Assembly: GCA_965277405.1 (NCBI GenBank)
Contig: OZ255726.1
Location: 224,001-288,000 of the forward strand
Source: Gammaproteobacteria bacterium
GTDB lineage: Bacteria > Pseudomonadota > Gammaproteobacteria > G965277405
DNA: 64,000 nucleotides
Direction: 5' to 3'
Shown here: positions 1 through 10,722 of the stretch, one piece after another
Position numbering within the stretch: the first letter of the stretch is position 1
Layout: each line of letters opens with the position of its first letter
Notes under the pieces: generated by a model
What the model was told of the DNA's origin: nothing
The model's input: the letters and a program-made list of their open reading frames with translations, nothing else
Database searches by the model: none
Made by a program: the position numbers and the translations under genes

Positions 1-1
1 T

Positions 2-43
2 CATGTGTCGTACTGCCATTTTGCTGCAGAGATTATATCATGA
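2..43 (+). CDS. 3' end of oligopeptide ABC ATP-binding protein (OppD/DppD-like), truncated by window edge
   Basis: Frame 2 reads HVSYCHFAAEIIS*, resembling the C-terminal H-x-x-x-CH motif; stop overlaps the next ATG (ATGA). Confidence 0.55.
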   Translation, partial: HVSYCHFAAEIIS

Positions 44-849
44 ACACTCCATTGTTACGGGTGCAGGACCTTCATACCTATTTCACTACCAAGCAGCCTG
101 GGCTCTTTGGTAGGTCAGCAGTAATCCGCGCTGTCGACGGCGTCTCGTTTGCAATCCAATCTGGTGAAGTACTCGGCTTGGTCGGCGAATCTGGGTGTGG
201 CAAGTCCACGGTTGGGCGTACGTTGACGAGGCTTGAGAAATCAACAGCTGGGACTGCTGAATTTGAAGGGCAAGATATTCTGCAAATGTCATTGGGCGCA
301 TTCCGTCCGCTGCGGCGGGAAATTCAGATGATTTTTCAGGATCCATTTGCATCGCTCAATCCACGGCTAACTATCGCGCAAACATTGGCGGAGCCGCTCT
401 TCATCCACAAATTGGCGCGCGACCGAGCCTGCGCGCGGGAGATGATCAGCGAGACGCTTGAATTGGTTGGGATGTCGCCGCGTGTTATGTCGCGGTATCC
501 GCATGAATTTTCTGGTGGTCAAAGGCAGCGCATCGGCATTGCTCGGGCAATGATCCTTAAACCCAAGTTTGTTATTGCAGACGAAGCCGTGTCTGCGCTT
601 GATGTTTCCATTCAAGCGCAGGTTCTGAATCTAATCAAACAGCTACAACGCGAAAGTGGCATGGCAATGCTGTTTATCAGTCACGATCTTGGAGTGGTAC
701 GTCATCTTAGCGACCGCATTGCCGTTATGTTTAAAGGTAAAATTGTAGAAATTGGCGATAAACACCAAATTTTTGAGAGACCACAGCACGCCTATACGCG
801 GACACTCCTTGCTGCGATTCCGCGTATTGTCACGCAGGAGACCATATAA
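40..849 (+). CDS. Oligopeptide/dipeptide ABC transporter ATP-binding protein (OppF/DppF-like)
   Basis: Walker A GESGCGKS, QMIFQDPFASLNPR, YPHEFSGGQRQR, ADEAVSALD, PQHAYT. Confidence 0.93.
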   Translation: MNTPLLRVQDLHTYFTTKQPGLFGRSAVIRAVDGVSFAIQSGEVLGLVGESGCGKSTVGRTLTRLEKSTAGTAEFEGQDILQMSLGAFRPLRREIQMIFQDPFASLNPRLTIAQTLAEPLFIHKLARDRACAREMISETLELVGMSPRVMSRYPHEFSGGQRQRIGIARAMILKPKFVIADEAVSALDVSIQAQVLNLIKQLQRESGMAMLFISHDLGVVRHLSDRIAVMFKGKIVEIGDKHQIFERPQHAYTRTLLAAIPRIVTQETI

Positions 850-854
850 TTACT

Positions 855-2318
855 GTGCCTAGACGCGTATTTATCGGGTCGATTGCGACTGAAACCAATG
901 TTTTTTCTCCGTTGCGCACTGATCTAACAGATTTCAAGGAGAGTTTTTACGCAGCTCCCGGACAGCATCCGCACACGCCAACTTTGTGTAGCGCCGTGTA
1001 TCCAGTGGCACGGGCGCGGGCGGCTGAACTGAATTGGCAGATTATAGAGGGTACGGCTACTTGGGCGGAACCTGGAGGCATTGTCTCACAGCAAACTTGG
1101 GAATTTTTGCGCGAACAGCTGTTAGCAGAACTGCGCGACTCCATGCCAGTCGATATTGTCTTGCTTGGTCTGCATGGTGCTATGGTTGCCCAACACTGCC
1201 TTGACTGCGAAGGCGTACTCATTCGCGCAGTACGCGAAATAGTTGGTAGTGAAGCGCTTATAGGTGCAACTTTTGACCCGCATAGCAATCTTACTGCTGC
1301 GCGGGTCGATAACGCTGATGTGGTCACGGTATTTAAGGAATTTCCGCATACAGATTTTGTCATTGTCGCAGAAAACCTAGTTGAGCTTATTCATCGCACC
1401 TCCATCGGCGAGATCAAGCCGCGCATTTCCACATTTGATTGCCGGATGATCGAGATGTTGCCGACAAATCGTCAACCGATGCGTGGTTTTGTAGACGAAA
1501 TTATGGACTTGGAAGGGCAGAGCGATGTGTTGTCGATTTCCGTTATCCATGGCTTCATGGCCAGCGATGTCCCTGAGCTTGGTACCAGTATGATCGTTAT
1601 CACCGATGACAATGTTGGCGTTGGCGAAAAGTTGGCGCAACAACTCGGGATGAAATTGTTTGCTATGCGAGGGAAGACGCGTCCTGAATTTTTGACACCA
1701 GCCATGGCGCTTGATCGAGCAGAACAGGCGACTACAGCACCGGTTGTGATCGCTGATGTCTGGGACAATCCTGGCGGCGGGGTACCTGGGGATTCAACCA
1801 TCATTCTCAAAGAGATGATGAGGCGGCGACTTAGCAATGCCGCTCTTGCCTCGATTTGGGACCCAATTGCTGTGCGTACCTGTTTCTCTGCCGGGAAGGA
1901 GTCGACCTTGCGGCTGCGCTTCGGGTCCAAAATGTCCGATAAGGGCGGTGAACCTATCGACGCTGATGTTATTGTGCGCAATATTGTGCCTGATGCAGTC
2001 CAATCGTTTGGTCAAAGTATTGTGCCGTTAGGCAATGCGGTGTGGATTGAAGTGAACGGTGTAGATGTTATTCTTAATTCCGTTCGATCTCAGGTGTTCA
2101 ATCCAGATAATTTTAGTAATCTTGGTATTGATCCTAACGCCAAGGGCATCCTTGTTGTCAAATCAACTAATCACTTTTACGCTGCGTTTTCGCAGATTTC
2201 GTCGGAGATAATCTATGCTGAAGTCAATGGACCATATCCCAACAATCCTGTGACCAATGATTATCGTAATTTAAAGAGGGCCATCTGGCCGCGCGTTGTG
2301 AACCCCCATGAAATCTGA
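855..2318 (+). CDS. M81 family metallopeptidase (MlrC-like)
   Basis: ETNVFSP, LHGAMV, DPHSN, FKEFPHTD, DVWDNPGGG, VVKSTNHF motifs. Confidence 0.88.
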   Translation: MPRRVFIGSIATETNVFSPLRTDLTDFKESFYAAPGQHPHTPTLCSAVYPVARARAAELNWQIIEGTATWAEPGGIVSQQTWEFLREQLLAELRDSMPVDIVLLGLHGAMVAQHCLDCEGVLIRAVREIVGSEALIGATFDPHSNLTAARVDNADVVTVFKEFPHTDFVIVAENLVELIHRTSIGEIKPRISTFDCRMIEMLPTNRQPMRGFVDEIMDLEGQSDVLSISVIHGFMASDVPELGTSMIVITDDNVGVGEKLAQQLGMKLFAMRGKTRPEFLTPAMALDRAEQATTAPVVIADVWDNPGGGVPGDSTIILKEMMRRRLSNAALASIWDPIAVRTCFSAGKESTLRLRFGSKMSDKGGEPIDADVIVRNIVPDAVQSFGQSIVPLGNAVWIEVNGVDVILNSVRSQVFNPDNFSNLGIDPNAKGILVVKSTNHFYAAFSQISSEIIYAEVNGPYPNNPVTNDYRNLKRAIWPRVVNPHEI

Positions 2319-3372
2319 CCGAGCCACTATTGAAACCCCAGCCTTTGTCGTTGATGAATCCATCGCTTTGCGCAATATTTCGACCTATCAGGCACATTGC
2401 GATGCTGCTGGTCTAAAACTCAGACCGCATATCAAAACTCACAAGCTGATCCATTTTGCCAAGGCGCAAATGGACGCTGGTGCTACTGGTATTAACTGTC
2501 AGAAAATAGGTGAAGCTGAAGTGATGGCTAAAGGTGGCATTGATGACATTCTCATTACCTTCAATATATTGGGTGACGACAAGCTGCAACGGTTACGCGT
2601 GCTGGCGCAAACTGTATCAAAGCTGGCTGTGACTGCGGATAGTGCCGAGGTGGTATCAAGGCTGAGTGGCGCTTTTACTTGTGCCGATAAACAGCTCAAT
2701 GTGCTGGTGGAATGTGATACAGGCGCTGGGCGCTGTGGTGTGCAAACTCCTCGAGCTGCCGCTGAACTGGCAGTCATTATCGCTAAAGAAGACAGCCTCG
2801 TCTTCGGCGGGTTGATGACCTATCCCGCTGCGTCTGGGGAGAAAGACGTCGTCAGTTTCATGACTATTGCCAAAGAACTGCTCAAAAAAAATGGGATTGA
2901 CTGTCCTGCAGTTTCTTCGGGTGGTTCGCCAGATATGTGGCAGGCAAGCACTGACCGTATCGTAACTGAGTATCGCATCGGCACCTACATTTATAACGAC
3001 AGGTCACTAATCGCGCGCGGTACTTGCAGTATCGATGATTGTGCGGGACGAGTTCTAGCTACGGTTGTCAGCCGTCCGACTCCAAATCGCGCCATCATTG
3101 ACGCAGGCTCAAAGGTGTTAACCTCCGACCTGTTGGGTTTGGACGGTCATGGGCTTATTGTTGGGCATGGTGAATTGCAGATCGCTGGGTTGAGCGAAGA
3201 GCATGGCATTGTGCTGAGTGCTGGAGAAATGCCACTCAACATCGGCGATCGTGTTGAGATAATTCCTAACCATGTTTGCGTTGTGTCGAATATGTTTGAT
3301 GATATCTGGCTGCAAAGTGCTGACGGAGCATTGCAATGCGTACCAGTTGATGCCAGAGGACGGGTCACTTGA
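2308..3372 (+). CDS. Fold-type III PLP enzyme, D-threonine aldolase / D-serine dehydratase (DSD1) family
   Basis: LRPHIKTHK (PLP lysine), RCGV, DAGSKVLTSD, LSEEHG, IPNHVC. Confidence 0.88.
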   Translation: MKSDRATIETPAFVVDESIALRNISTYQAHCDAAGLKLRPHIKTHKLIHFAKAQMDAGATGINCQKIGEAEVMAKGGIDDILITFNILGDDKLQRLRVLAQTVSKLAVTADSAEVVSRLSGAFTCADKQLNVLVECDTGAGRCGVQTPRAAAELAVIIAKEDSLVFGGLMTYPAASGEKDVVSFMTIAKELLKKNGIDCPAVSSGGSPDMWQASTDRIVTEYRIGTYIYNDRSLIARGTCSIDDCAGRVLATVVSRPTPNRAIIDAGSKVLTSDLLGLDGHGLIVGHGELQIAGLSEEHGIVLSAGEMPLNIGDRVEIIPNHVCVVSNMFDDIWLQSADGALQCVPVDARGRVT

Positions 3373-3610
3373 TTGGTTGTGACTTTGTTTGCATCAGTAT
3401 ATTTCAGGTGTGAAGGCTAAATACTTGTGGGGCGGGTAGCTATCATACTATCGATTTGGTTTTGCACATTAACACCATGTCGTGGCAATAATACCAAACA
3501 TGCAGATGCCACAAATTCCGAGTTAATCTAGCGGTTCGGTAGGTTTAGTAGCCGCCTATGGGTTGCAATGAGCTTGACGTCGATAGTCTGATGATTTGTT
3601 ACCAAAGACT

Positions 3611-4489
3611 TTAATCTCCAACTGGTTTGGGGCTAGTGTCTCCTGAGAGTGGGAGCAGGGAGGTACGGATGCGGCGCAGGTTTTCCTTAAATACTTCTGG
3701 GCGTTTATGTGCTGTGCCGGTGGCCAATACGTCAATGATTGCAAGAAAGACAAACCGCGATGCTGATGGTTTGTAAATATCAGGGTTCTCGGTTAAATCA
3801 ATTTGGATCGAAAGGTCAGTTTGTATGCTGAGTTCTGATCCTGCTTTGGTCAGGCTTATCGTGCGCGCGCCATATTGTCGGGCGATCGCGACGCTATCGA
3901 GCAGCTCCGCAGGTTGACCAGTAGCTGAAATTGCAAAGACTAGATCACCTACAGTTAAGGTCGATGCTAACATGCGTTGCAAATATCCATCTACATGAGA
4001 TTCTGACGGTATTCCGAGCCGAAAAAAACGGTTGGCCGCCTCGCGGGCTACATTGGTCGATCCGCCTCCAACTCCCATAAAAGCAATGCGGTTGGCTGCG
4101 TTAAGCCATGTTGTTGCCTTTTCAATGGGCTGATCCTTAAGCTGGTTACGTGCCAAGGTGAGTGAGTCGAACAATACCGCAAACACTTGATTAACCAGAT
4201 GTCCGGCTTCTGAGGTGTTAGTGTGGTCGCTTTCTAAATATTGCTGGCTGATCGCAACGCTCTGGGCGAGTCGGATTTTAAAGTCTCGAAAGCCGACGCA
4301 ACCAGCAGAAATACTGAACCGGTTGACGGTTGCAACAGATACACCAGCGCCTTGAGCGATATCGTACTGGGACAAAAATGTAGTTTTGTTGATATTTGCC
4401 AACATGAAATCAGCAACGATCTGTTCGCTTTTTGGCAGTTTACCACGCAGCGCCCGCATGCGCGCAATCAGATCGATGACTTGCGTCAT
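3611..4489 (-). CDS. RpiR/MurR family transcriptional regulator (HTH + SIS)
   Basis: LPKSEQIVADF, VSVATVNRF, GFRDFK; SIS motif ISATG. Confidence 0.9.
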   Translation of the reverse strand: MTQVIDLIARMRALRGKLPKSEQIVADFMLANINKTTFLSQYDIAQGAGVSVATVNRFSISAGCVGFRDFKIRLAQSVAISQQYLESDHTNTSEAGHLVNQVFAVLFDSLTLARNQLKDQPIEKATTWLNAANRIAFMGVGGGSTNVAREAANRFFRLGIPSESHVDGYLQRMLASTLTVGDLVFAISATGQPAELLDSVAIARQYGARTISLTKAGSELSIQTDLSIQIDLTENPDIYKPSASRFVFLAIIDVLATGTAHKRPEVFKENLRRIRTSLLPLSGDTSPKPVGD

Positions 4490-4506
4490 GCTTGCCTCCG
4501 CAAGAC

Positions 4507-4905
4507 TTATAATGGTTGATAGGCAATGGCGTCCATTTCAATCTTGGCGTCGACCATCAATGCCGCATGAACTGTGGACCGTGCGGGTGGATTATCTCTG
4601 AAGTGTTTGTCGAAAACATGATTGAAGCTGCTGAAGTCGCGCGCATCATCAAGCCAGACATTGACTTTTATCACATGCTCAAGCCCGCAATCTGCAAGTT
4701 GGAGAACAGCAATCAAATTGGCGATAACGGCCTGCGTTTGGATGATGATATTGCCTGTCACGATCTCTCCGTCTACGGTCGGAACCTGACCCGAGACATA
4801 GATGAAGTCGCCAGCGCGAACAGCTTTAGCAAAAGGACGCCTTTGACCACCAGCGGCCAAATCGGCGCTTGCAAAACGTTGAATTTTTTGAGATTGTTCA
4901 GACAT
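4507..4905 (-). CDS. RidA/YjgF family imine deaminase
   Basis: IYVSGQVP, KVNVWL, PPARSTV, KIEMDAIA. Confidence 0.92.
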   Translation of the reverse strand: MSEQSQKIQRFASADLAAGGQRRPFAKAVRAGDFIYVSGQVPTVDGEIVTGNIIIQTQAVIANLIAVLQLADCGLEHVIKVNVWLDDARDFSSFNHVFDKHFRDNPPARSTVHAALMVDAKIEMDAIAYQPL

Positions 4906-5085
4906 TTTCTACCTCTAAATTATAAATAACTTGCATTTAATCTCGTATGAGTACAGAACTTTAGTAAATCATATTTACCAATGTGGCTGTTCGAGATAAC
5001 TATTTTTAGCAACCGTTGATCTAGTCAACAATACCCAGCAAAATATTTTATTCATCATTGTTGAATTTTTATTGCCGTGTATTAG

Positions 5086-5380
5086 GGAAGCTCTGATTAA
5101 GTCCATGATGGGCGAGACGGAGAAAAAACGCTGATGATAACTAGGCGCAGTGCGCAGATAATACTGGTGGTCTTGTGGGTGTTGCCAAGTGCTGCAACGA
5201 CGTTAGCACAGCGTTTTTTCCCGGCCTTCTATTGAATATATGATGGTTTGCCTACAAGCGGTACTTGCTGTGTTGCATCCCTTGGCGTATATGCTACGGC
5301 ATGCGCTTAGCGGTTTGCGCCTTGCAATCATCAGCAATTGCAGACAAACTCGCTCCATCAGCGACTTAATCAGAGCTTCC
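5086..5380 (+). mobile_element. IS5-type MITE, complete copy (reference copy)
   Basis: Perfect 18-bp TIR GGAAGCTCTGATTAAGTC...GACTTAATCAGAGCTTCC; TTAG duplicated on both sides; no long ORF. Confidence 0.93.
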
Positions 5381-5389
5381 TTAGCACGT

Positions 5390-5422
5390 GTTCACATAAT
5401 GTTCATATATTAAGACATTAAA
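5390..5422 (+). promoter_or_regulatory. Putative Pho boxes upstream of pstS
   Basis: 11-bp periodic units GTTCACATAAT / GTTCATATATT / AAGACATTAAA resembling PhoB half-sites directly upstream of pstS. Confidence 0.5.
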
Positions 5423-5461
5423 TATTGACAATGAAAATATTGATAACCTTTGGAGTAAATA

Positions 5462-6430
5462 ATGATGAAAATGATAAAAATGTTTTCGATGCTGATGCTG
5501 GCACTTGGAGTAAGTGCGAGCGTGGCTGCGTCACAGCTAGACCCTAATTTGCCAGTCTATGAAAAAATTAGCGGCGTATCTGGAAAACTCACCAGTGTTG
5601 GTTCAGACACGTTAGCTAACTTAATGACACTATGGGCAGAAGAGTACAAAAAACTGTATCCAAGTGTCAGTATTCAAATTCAAGCTGCAGGCTCATCTAC
5701 TGCGCCTCCTGCATTGACAGAAAGCACCTCAAACTTCGGTCCAATGAGTCGGAAAATGAAAAGCACAGAGCTCGTCGCTTTTGAAAAAAAACACGGGTAT
5801 AAGCCAGTAGCAATCCCCGTCGCGATTGATGCGATAGCCGTATATGTCCACAAAGATAACCCAATCAAGTCGATGACCTTACCTCAAGTCGATGCGGTGT
5901 TCTCATCAACGCGAAAATGCGGTCATTCGGCAAACATTAACACGTGGGGACAGCTTGGGTTGACTGGATTTTGGACAAAAAAAGGCGTGCAGGTGTATGG
6001 ACGTAACTCGGTTTCTGGAACATACGGATATTTCAAAAAAGTTGCTTTATGCAAAGGTGACTACAAGAAAACCGTGAATGAGCAACCTGGTTCAGCAGCA
6101 GTAGTGCAATCAGTTTCTGTTTCGCTGGATGGGATTGGCTATTCAGGAATTGGCTACCGCACCGCGAGCGTGCGCACAGTGCCAATTGCAAAAAAAACAG
6201 GTGGCATAGCATACAATGCCTCACCTGAAAATGCCTTGTCTGGTCAATATCCTATTTCTAGATTTTTATATATCTATGTCAACAAAAAGCCAAACAGTGA
6301 ATTGCCACCGCTTGAAAAGCAATTTATGAAAATGGTTTTGAGTAAAGTTGGTCAAGAAGTCGTTGTCAAAGACGGATACGTACCACTCACCAGCCCAATG
6401 TCTAAAAAATTCATGAAATTGTTAGACTAA
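5462..6430 (+). CDS. pstS: Phosphate ABC transporter substrate-binding protein
   Basis: Signal peptide; [39 protein letters not shown]. Confidence 0.93.
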   Translation: MMKMIKMFSMLMLALGVSASVAASQLDPNLPVYEKISGVSGKLTSVGSDTLANLMTLWAEEYKKLYPSVSIQIQAAGSSTAPPALTESTSNFGPMSRKMKSTELVAFEKKHGYKPVAIPVAIDAIAVYVHKDNPIKSMTLPQVDAVFSSTRKCGHSANINTWGQLGLTGFWTKKGVQVYGRNSVSGTYGYFKKVALCKGDYKKTVNEQPGSAAVVQSVSVSLDGIGYSGIGYRTASVRTVPIAKKTGGIAYNASPENALSGQYPISRFLYIYVNKKPNSELPPLEKQFMKMVLSKVGQEVVVKDGYVPLTSPMSKKFMKLLD

Positions 6431-6442
6431 TACTTACCAAAT

Positions 6443-6477
6443 AACAAAACAGGCGGCTTTAGCCGCCTGTTTTGTTT
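6443..6477 (+). terminator. Rho-independent terminator after pstS
   Basis: AACAAAACAGGCGGC-TTTA-GCCGCCTGTTTTGTT hairpin with T tail. Confidence 0.85.
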
Positions 6478-6712
6478 GTTGCTATTTAAATTTACAAATT
6501 GTTGTTGCCGTTATCAAGAGCATATGCAACCCGCGGATTTCCAATCAATGACGCGATACATCAAATTTTGCGACCAGTGCGCGCAGCTGGCGGTCACTCA
6601 ACCAATGCGAGATCACTATGCCAAAGGCATATACCCGCCTGACCGCAGCACCACGATACTAGCTTTATGCAAGCGTGACAAATAAACCTTCAGGTCGCGC
6701 TAGTTGCTCTGA

Positions 6713-6993
6713 GGAAGCGCTGATTAAGTCGCTCATAGAGCAAGTTTGATGGCAATTGCTGATGATTTGAAGGCGCAAACCGCTGCGCACATGCCGCAGC
6801 ATATACGCCAAGGGATGCAACACAGCAAGGTCAGCAATTGCCGCAAACCGAAAGTATATACACAACACAATGACGGGAAAAAAGCGGTACTAAGTCGTTG
6901 CAGCACTGGCAATACCCACAAGACCCACCAGTGTTAGCTGCGCTGCGTCTAGTTATCATCAGCGTTTCTCTCCGTCTCGCCCGTCATGGAATT
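6713..6993 (-). mobile_element. MITE copy, one end eroded
   Basis: GGAAGCGCTGATTAAGTCGCT...CCGTCTCGCCCGTCATGGAATT; colinear with reverse complement of 5086-5380. Confidence 0.88.
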
Positions 6994-7022
6994 ACCTTGA
7001 AGGCAATGTATACAGTTGCATT

Positions 7023-8168
7023 TTATAGCAAAGACTGCTTCCAGTTAGCGGCAATATATGTGGCGGTGCAATACAGATTTTCTGGTCCTTGTTTGAGTGC
7101 GGTTGCCAGCGGTTGTCCGCTGGGCGTTATTTGATATATCTTGGCAAAATAACTGTGTTGGCTTGGGTCTGTTAGCACGTCACCGCCCGCGCCAATGCTG
7201 CCTGTTACACCAATCACTGGCACGTTGTATTGCTGCGCGCATTGCAATACACCCCAAGGTACTTTGCCATTACAGGTTTGCAAATCCATGCGCCCTTCAC
7301 CAGTAATCACCAGATCAGCAGTCTGAATAGCTTGTTCTAACTGTGTCGCTGCAATCACTTGCGCAACACCAGAGCGCATATCCGCCTGTAAAAATGTACA
7401 TAGCGCATAGCCCAAACCACCTGCTGCCCCAGCTCCTGGGGTATGACGATGGTCGTCAAAACCATGTGCGGCAACGACAACACTAAATTGTGACAGTGCG
7501 GCGTCTAGCTGGTTCACCGCCGCCTGATCTGCTCCTTTTTGTGGCCCATATACTGCACTTGCGCCCAACTCACCCAACAATGGGTTGGTAACATCACATA
7601 TCACTGTGATTGAGCAGTTGTTGAACGTTGCCTTGGCTCCAGCGCTTTCAATGCGTTGCAAATTCGCTAATGCTGCACCGCCAAAGGCTAGTTCTATGTT
7701 ATTGGCATCAAGCAAACGAAACCCTAGCGCTTGCAACATGCCGGCGCCACCATCATTGGTTGCGCTGCCGCCAACCCCAAGCAGGATGTGTTCTACATTG
7801 TGCGCAAATGCATCCAACAATAATTCACCGACTCCATAACTTGTGCTAGCAAGCGGATTCCTTTGTGGCGGGTCAACCAGATGGATACCTGCCGCTTCAG
7901 CCGTTTCAATGACGGCTGTAGCATTATCAACAATGCAATACCGCGCAGCTACGGGCTCGCCCAAAGGGCCGGTGACATCGAGACACATTTCACGGCTGGT
8001 TGATGTTTCTTGCAATGCGTCAATAAGACCTTCGCCACCATCAGACATTGGTACGAGCACATATTCAGCTTGTGGAAAATGCTCAAGAAAACCTTTTCTA
8101 ATACCGTGTGCGACCTGTTTGGCCGTCATGCTTTCTTTAAAAGAATCAGGAGCAATGACTATTTTCAC
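7023..8168 (-). CDS. glxK: Glycerate kinase (GlxK/GarK family)
   Basis: MKIVIAPDSFKES, DGGEG, GGSATNDGGAG, GAGAAGGLG, ITGEGRMD. Confidence 0.93.
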   Translation of the reverse strand: MKIVIAPDSFKESMTAKQVAHGIRKGFLEHFPQAEYVLVPMSDGGEGLIDALQETSTSREMCLDVTGPLGEPVAARYCIVDNATAVIETAEAAGIHLVDPPQRNPLASTSYGVGELLLDAFAHNVEHILLGVGGSATNDGGAGMLQALGFRLLDANNIELAFGGAALANLQRIESAGAKATFNNCSITVICDVTNPLLGELGASAVYGPQKGADQAAVNQLDAALSQFSVVVAAHGFDDHRHTPGAGAAGGLGYALCTFLQADMRSGVAQVIAATQLEQAIQTADLVITGEGRMDLQTCNGKVPWGVLQCAQQYNVPVIGVTGSIGAGGDVLTDPSQHSYFAKIYQITPSGQPLATALKQGPENLYCTATYIAANWKQSLL

Positions 8169-8347
8169 AGCGATCTCTTCCCACCCACGTCAAGTTATAG
8201 TCGAACATATTTTCAATCCGCTCAGGTGAGGATGCCTCAATACAATGCGCAACAATCCGCAAAAACTGTGACCATCTGCAACTTGCCAGCCAGTTATGCC
8301 GAACCACCCAGTTGAAACACACAAAAATAGAGATGTCATAAATACAA

Positions 8348-8518
8348 GGAAGCTCTGATTAAGTCCATGTTGGGCGAGACGGATAACAACGCTGATCAAA
8401 CTTAAGCGCAGTGCGCAGATAATACTGGTGGTCTTGTGGGTGTTGCCAAGTGCTGCGCCTTGCAATCATCAGCAATTGCCATCAAACTCGCTCCATCAGC
8501 GACTTAATCAGAGTTTCC
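8348..8518 (+). mobile_element. MITE copy with internal deletion (171 bp)
   Basis: Both TIRs present, central part missing. Confidence 0.88.
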
Positions 8519-8546
8519 TTAGTATATATTGACGGGTAATAGCTAG

Positions 8547-9542
8547 TTACGCCTGACAATCAACACGCAGTGGTTGGGTGACTTGGCGTTGTTTCAGCAG
8601 TTCATGGGCTTGGGCAACATCGCTTAAAGCAAGTGTTTTGGGCGCTGGTAATGTAATAGCGCCTTGTTCAAGCAATGTTAAAAAGCGTGGTCCATATTGT
8701 TGAATTGCAGCGCTATCAGGATAGTAATGCTGCAACGATGGCCTTGTTAAAAACAACCCCCCTTTGCTCCCTAGCTCCAATGGGCTGATTGGCGGTACTG
8801 GTCCTGATGCATTCCCAAACGATACCATCACCCCCCGTGTAGCTAAGCAATCTAAAGACTGCTCAAATGTTGTTAAGCCGACTGAGTCATACACAACATC
8901 AACACCGCGACCATGGGTAAAATCTCGCACCTGCTGCACAAAATCACCTTGATCATAGCCAATAATTGCATCAACTCCAAACTGCTCAACGATATGCTTT
9001 TTTGCAGTGCTGCATGTGGCAATCACCGTTGCATGGCATACTTTTTTGAGCCATTGACAGGCAATTTGCCCAAGTATTCCTGCAGCGGCGTGGAGTAACA
9101 CCACTTGGTGTTGTTGTACTGGAAAGAGTCGCTCGGTTAAATACTCAACAGTCAGACCGCGTAACAGCGTTCCAGCAATTGGCAGGTCTACAAGGCTGTC
9201 TGGCACCACTATCAATTGACCCGCATCAAGTATGCGATGACTCGCATATGCACCAAGCGGTCCCACGGCATAGGCGACCTGATCGCCATTTTGAATAGTA
9301 GTGACGGCAGCACCGCACTCCATGGCAATTCCTTGCGCTTCTAACCCAAGCGTTGTTGGCAATGGCAATGGATACAGCCCTTGCTGTTGGTAAATATCGA
9401 TAAAGTTTACCCCAGCATATTGTTGTTTAATCAATACTTCAGTCGGCTGAATTGGAGTTAATTCAGCACTTGTTTTAGTAAAATCACCACCTGCTGCGCT
9501 TAAACTCATTTGTACTGCGGTTATATTCATCATCAATGCCAT
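8547..9542 (-). CDS. qor: NADPH:quinone oxidoreductase (zeta-crystallin/MDR family)
   Basis: GVNFIDIY, LHAAAG, GVDVVYDSVG, FGNASGPV, LFLTRPSL. Confidence 0.9.
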   Translation of the reverse strand: MALMMNITAVQMSLSAAGGDFTKTSAELTPIQPTEVLIKQQYAGVNFIDIYQQQGLYPLPLPTTLGLEAQGIAMECGAAVTTIQNGDQVAYAVGPLGAYASHRILDAGQLIVVPDSLVDLPIAGTLLRGLTVEYLTERLFPVQQHQVVLLHAAAGILGQIACQWLKKVCHATVIATCSTAKKHIVEQFGVDAIIGYDQGDFVQQVRDFTHGRGVDVVYDSVGLTTFEQSLDCLATRGVMVSFGNASGPVPPISPLELGSKGGLFLTRPSLQHYYPDSAAIQQYGPRFLTLLEQGAITLPAPKTLALSDVAQAHELLKQRQVTQPLRVDCQA

Positions 9543-9981
9543 TGATACAGAAAAATATTGAGCGTAGCATAGTTATGGGCGTCACTTTGATGACATATCC
9601 TGATTACTGCCAAAAAAACTATAGCCATGTATGCACAAAATATTTTACTTATTGTGGTTACACAAACAATTTTAGACAGTTGTTTATTTCATTATACAAA
9701 ACAAAAATTATGAACCTAGCTTGAATATTTTTTGTTATTTGGATTACAACGCAGCAACTTATTGGTTTTGAAACCGCGTTTATACTTGAAAGTTATCAAC
9801 ACCAAAAACAGATTTATTCAAATAGATTTTCCGAACTTCAACAAATTACCCTTCAGAGTATGCTTGCGACCGCGTTCACTATAACTATCTGATATATCAT
9901 TACTTTATAAGGAAAGATATTTACTGGTCAGAATGTGTTCATTCGCACAAATTCCTTATTGCTGTGCGTGTTCCACGGCTG

Positions 9982-10026
9982 TTACCCAAAACTATCCACA
10001 GAGTTACCCACAGCTGCAGTGGATAA
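9982..10026. promoter_or_regulatory. Cluster of DnaA-box-like 9-mers
   Basis: TTACCCAAA, CTATCCACA, TTACCCACA and inverted AGTGGATAA, closely spaced in a 1.2-kb AT-rich gene-free region; further variants at 9692, 9793, 9814, 10508. Confidence 0.55.
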
Positions 10027-10722
10027 CTTTTTGACATACAAATACAATATTGGGCAATCATTTTTCCAGTATCTAGTGAGGAAAAAACTATTTTTGCTAT
10101 TTATCTTGGCAGAGTTGTTGACACATTATTATCGCGTGCATTGCCGTGTTGCCTGCTTTTTAATCACTTCACGGAAATTCAAGCAATATCATGGCCGATT
10201 TAAAGAGAGCAATAGCGTCTGTAGACCAAGCAGGAGAGCAGTCCTCCTGCACAACACGTTGCCATGTTGTTATATAGCAAGGACTTGCAATAAATGCGGC
10301 GCTTCACCAGAGCTTTGCTAATACAGCAAGCTGGTGGTGATACTACAATCCTACTATTTAAATAGTGGCTATTTGTAAAAAAATATACTGCATATAACAA
10401 CTGTCGTATTGGTATACAGCTGTCGTTGTATGTATTCATTTATGATTGTTTCTTGCAAACAAAACTTAACAAAAAACTCTCATAATTCATGCTACTGATG
10501 CAATCATTACCCACACCAATAATTTCTACATAGTTGTTGTAGCCATGTTATTTAGAAAACTCTGATTAAGGCGCTGATGCAGCTAGTCAGCAGATGTTCT
10601 ATAAATATTCGCCTACAAATTCATCAATTTCGTGTAATGTGCGTCCAGTAAATACCATCGGCACTATAATCAAGGTATCGCTACCATTACTTCGCAACAC
10701 ACAATCTACATAACCAAATATT

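Noticed and set aside
9935-10321. 128-aa ORF over the DnaA-box-like cluster
   Set aside because: No recognisable motif and atypical composition; probably spurious.
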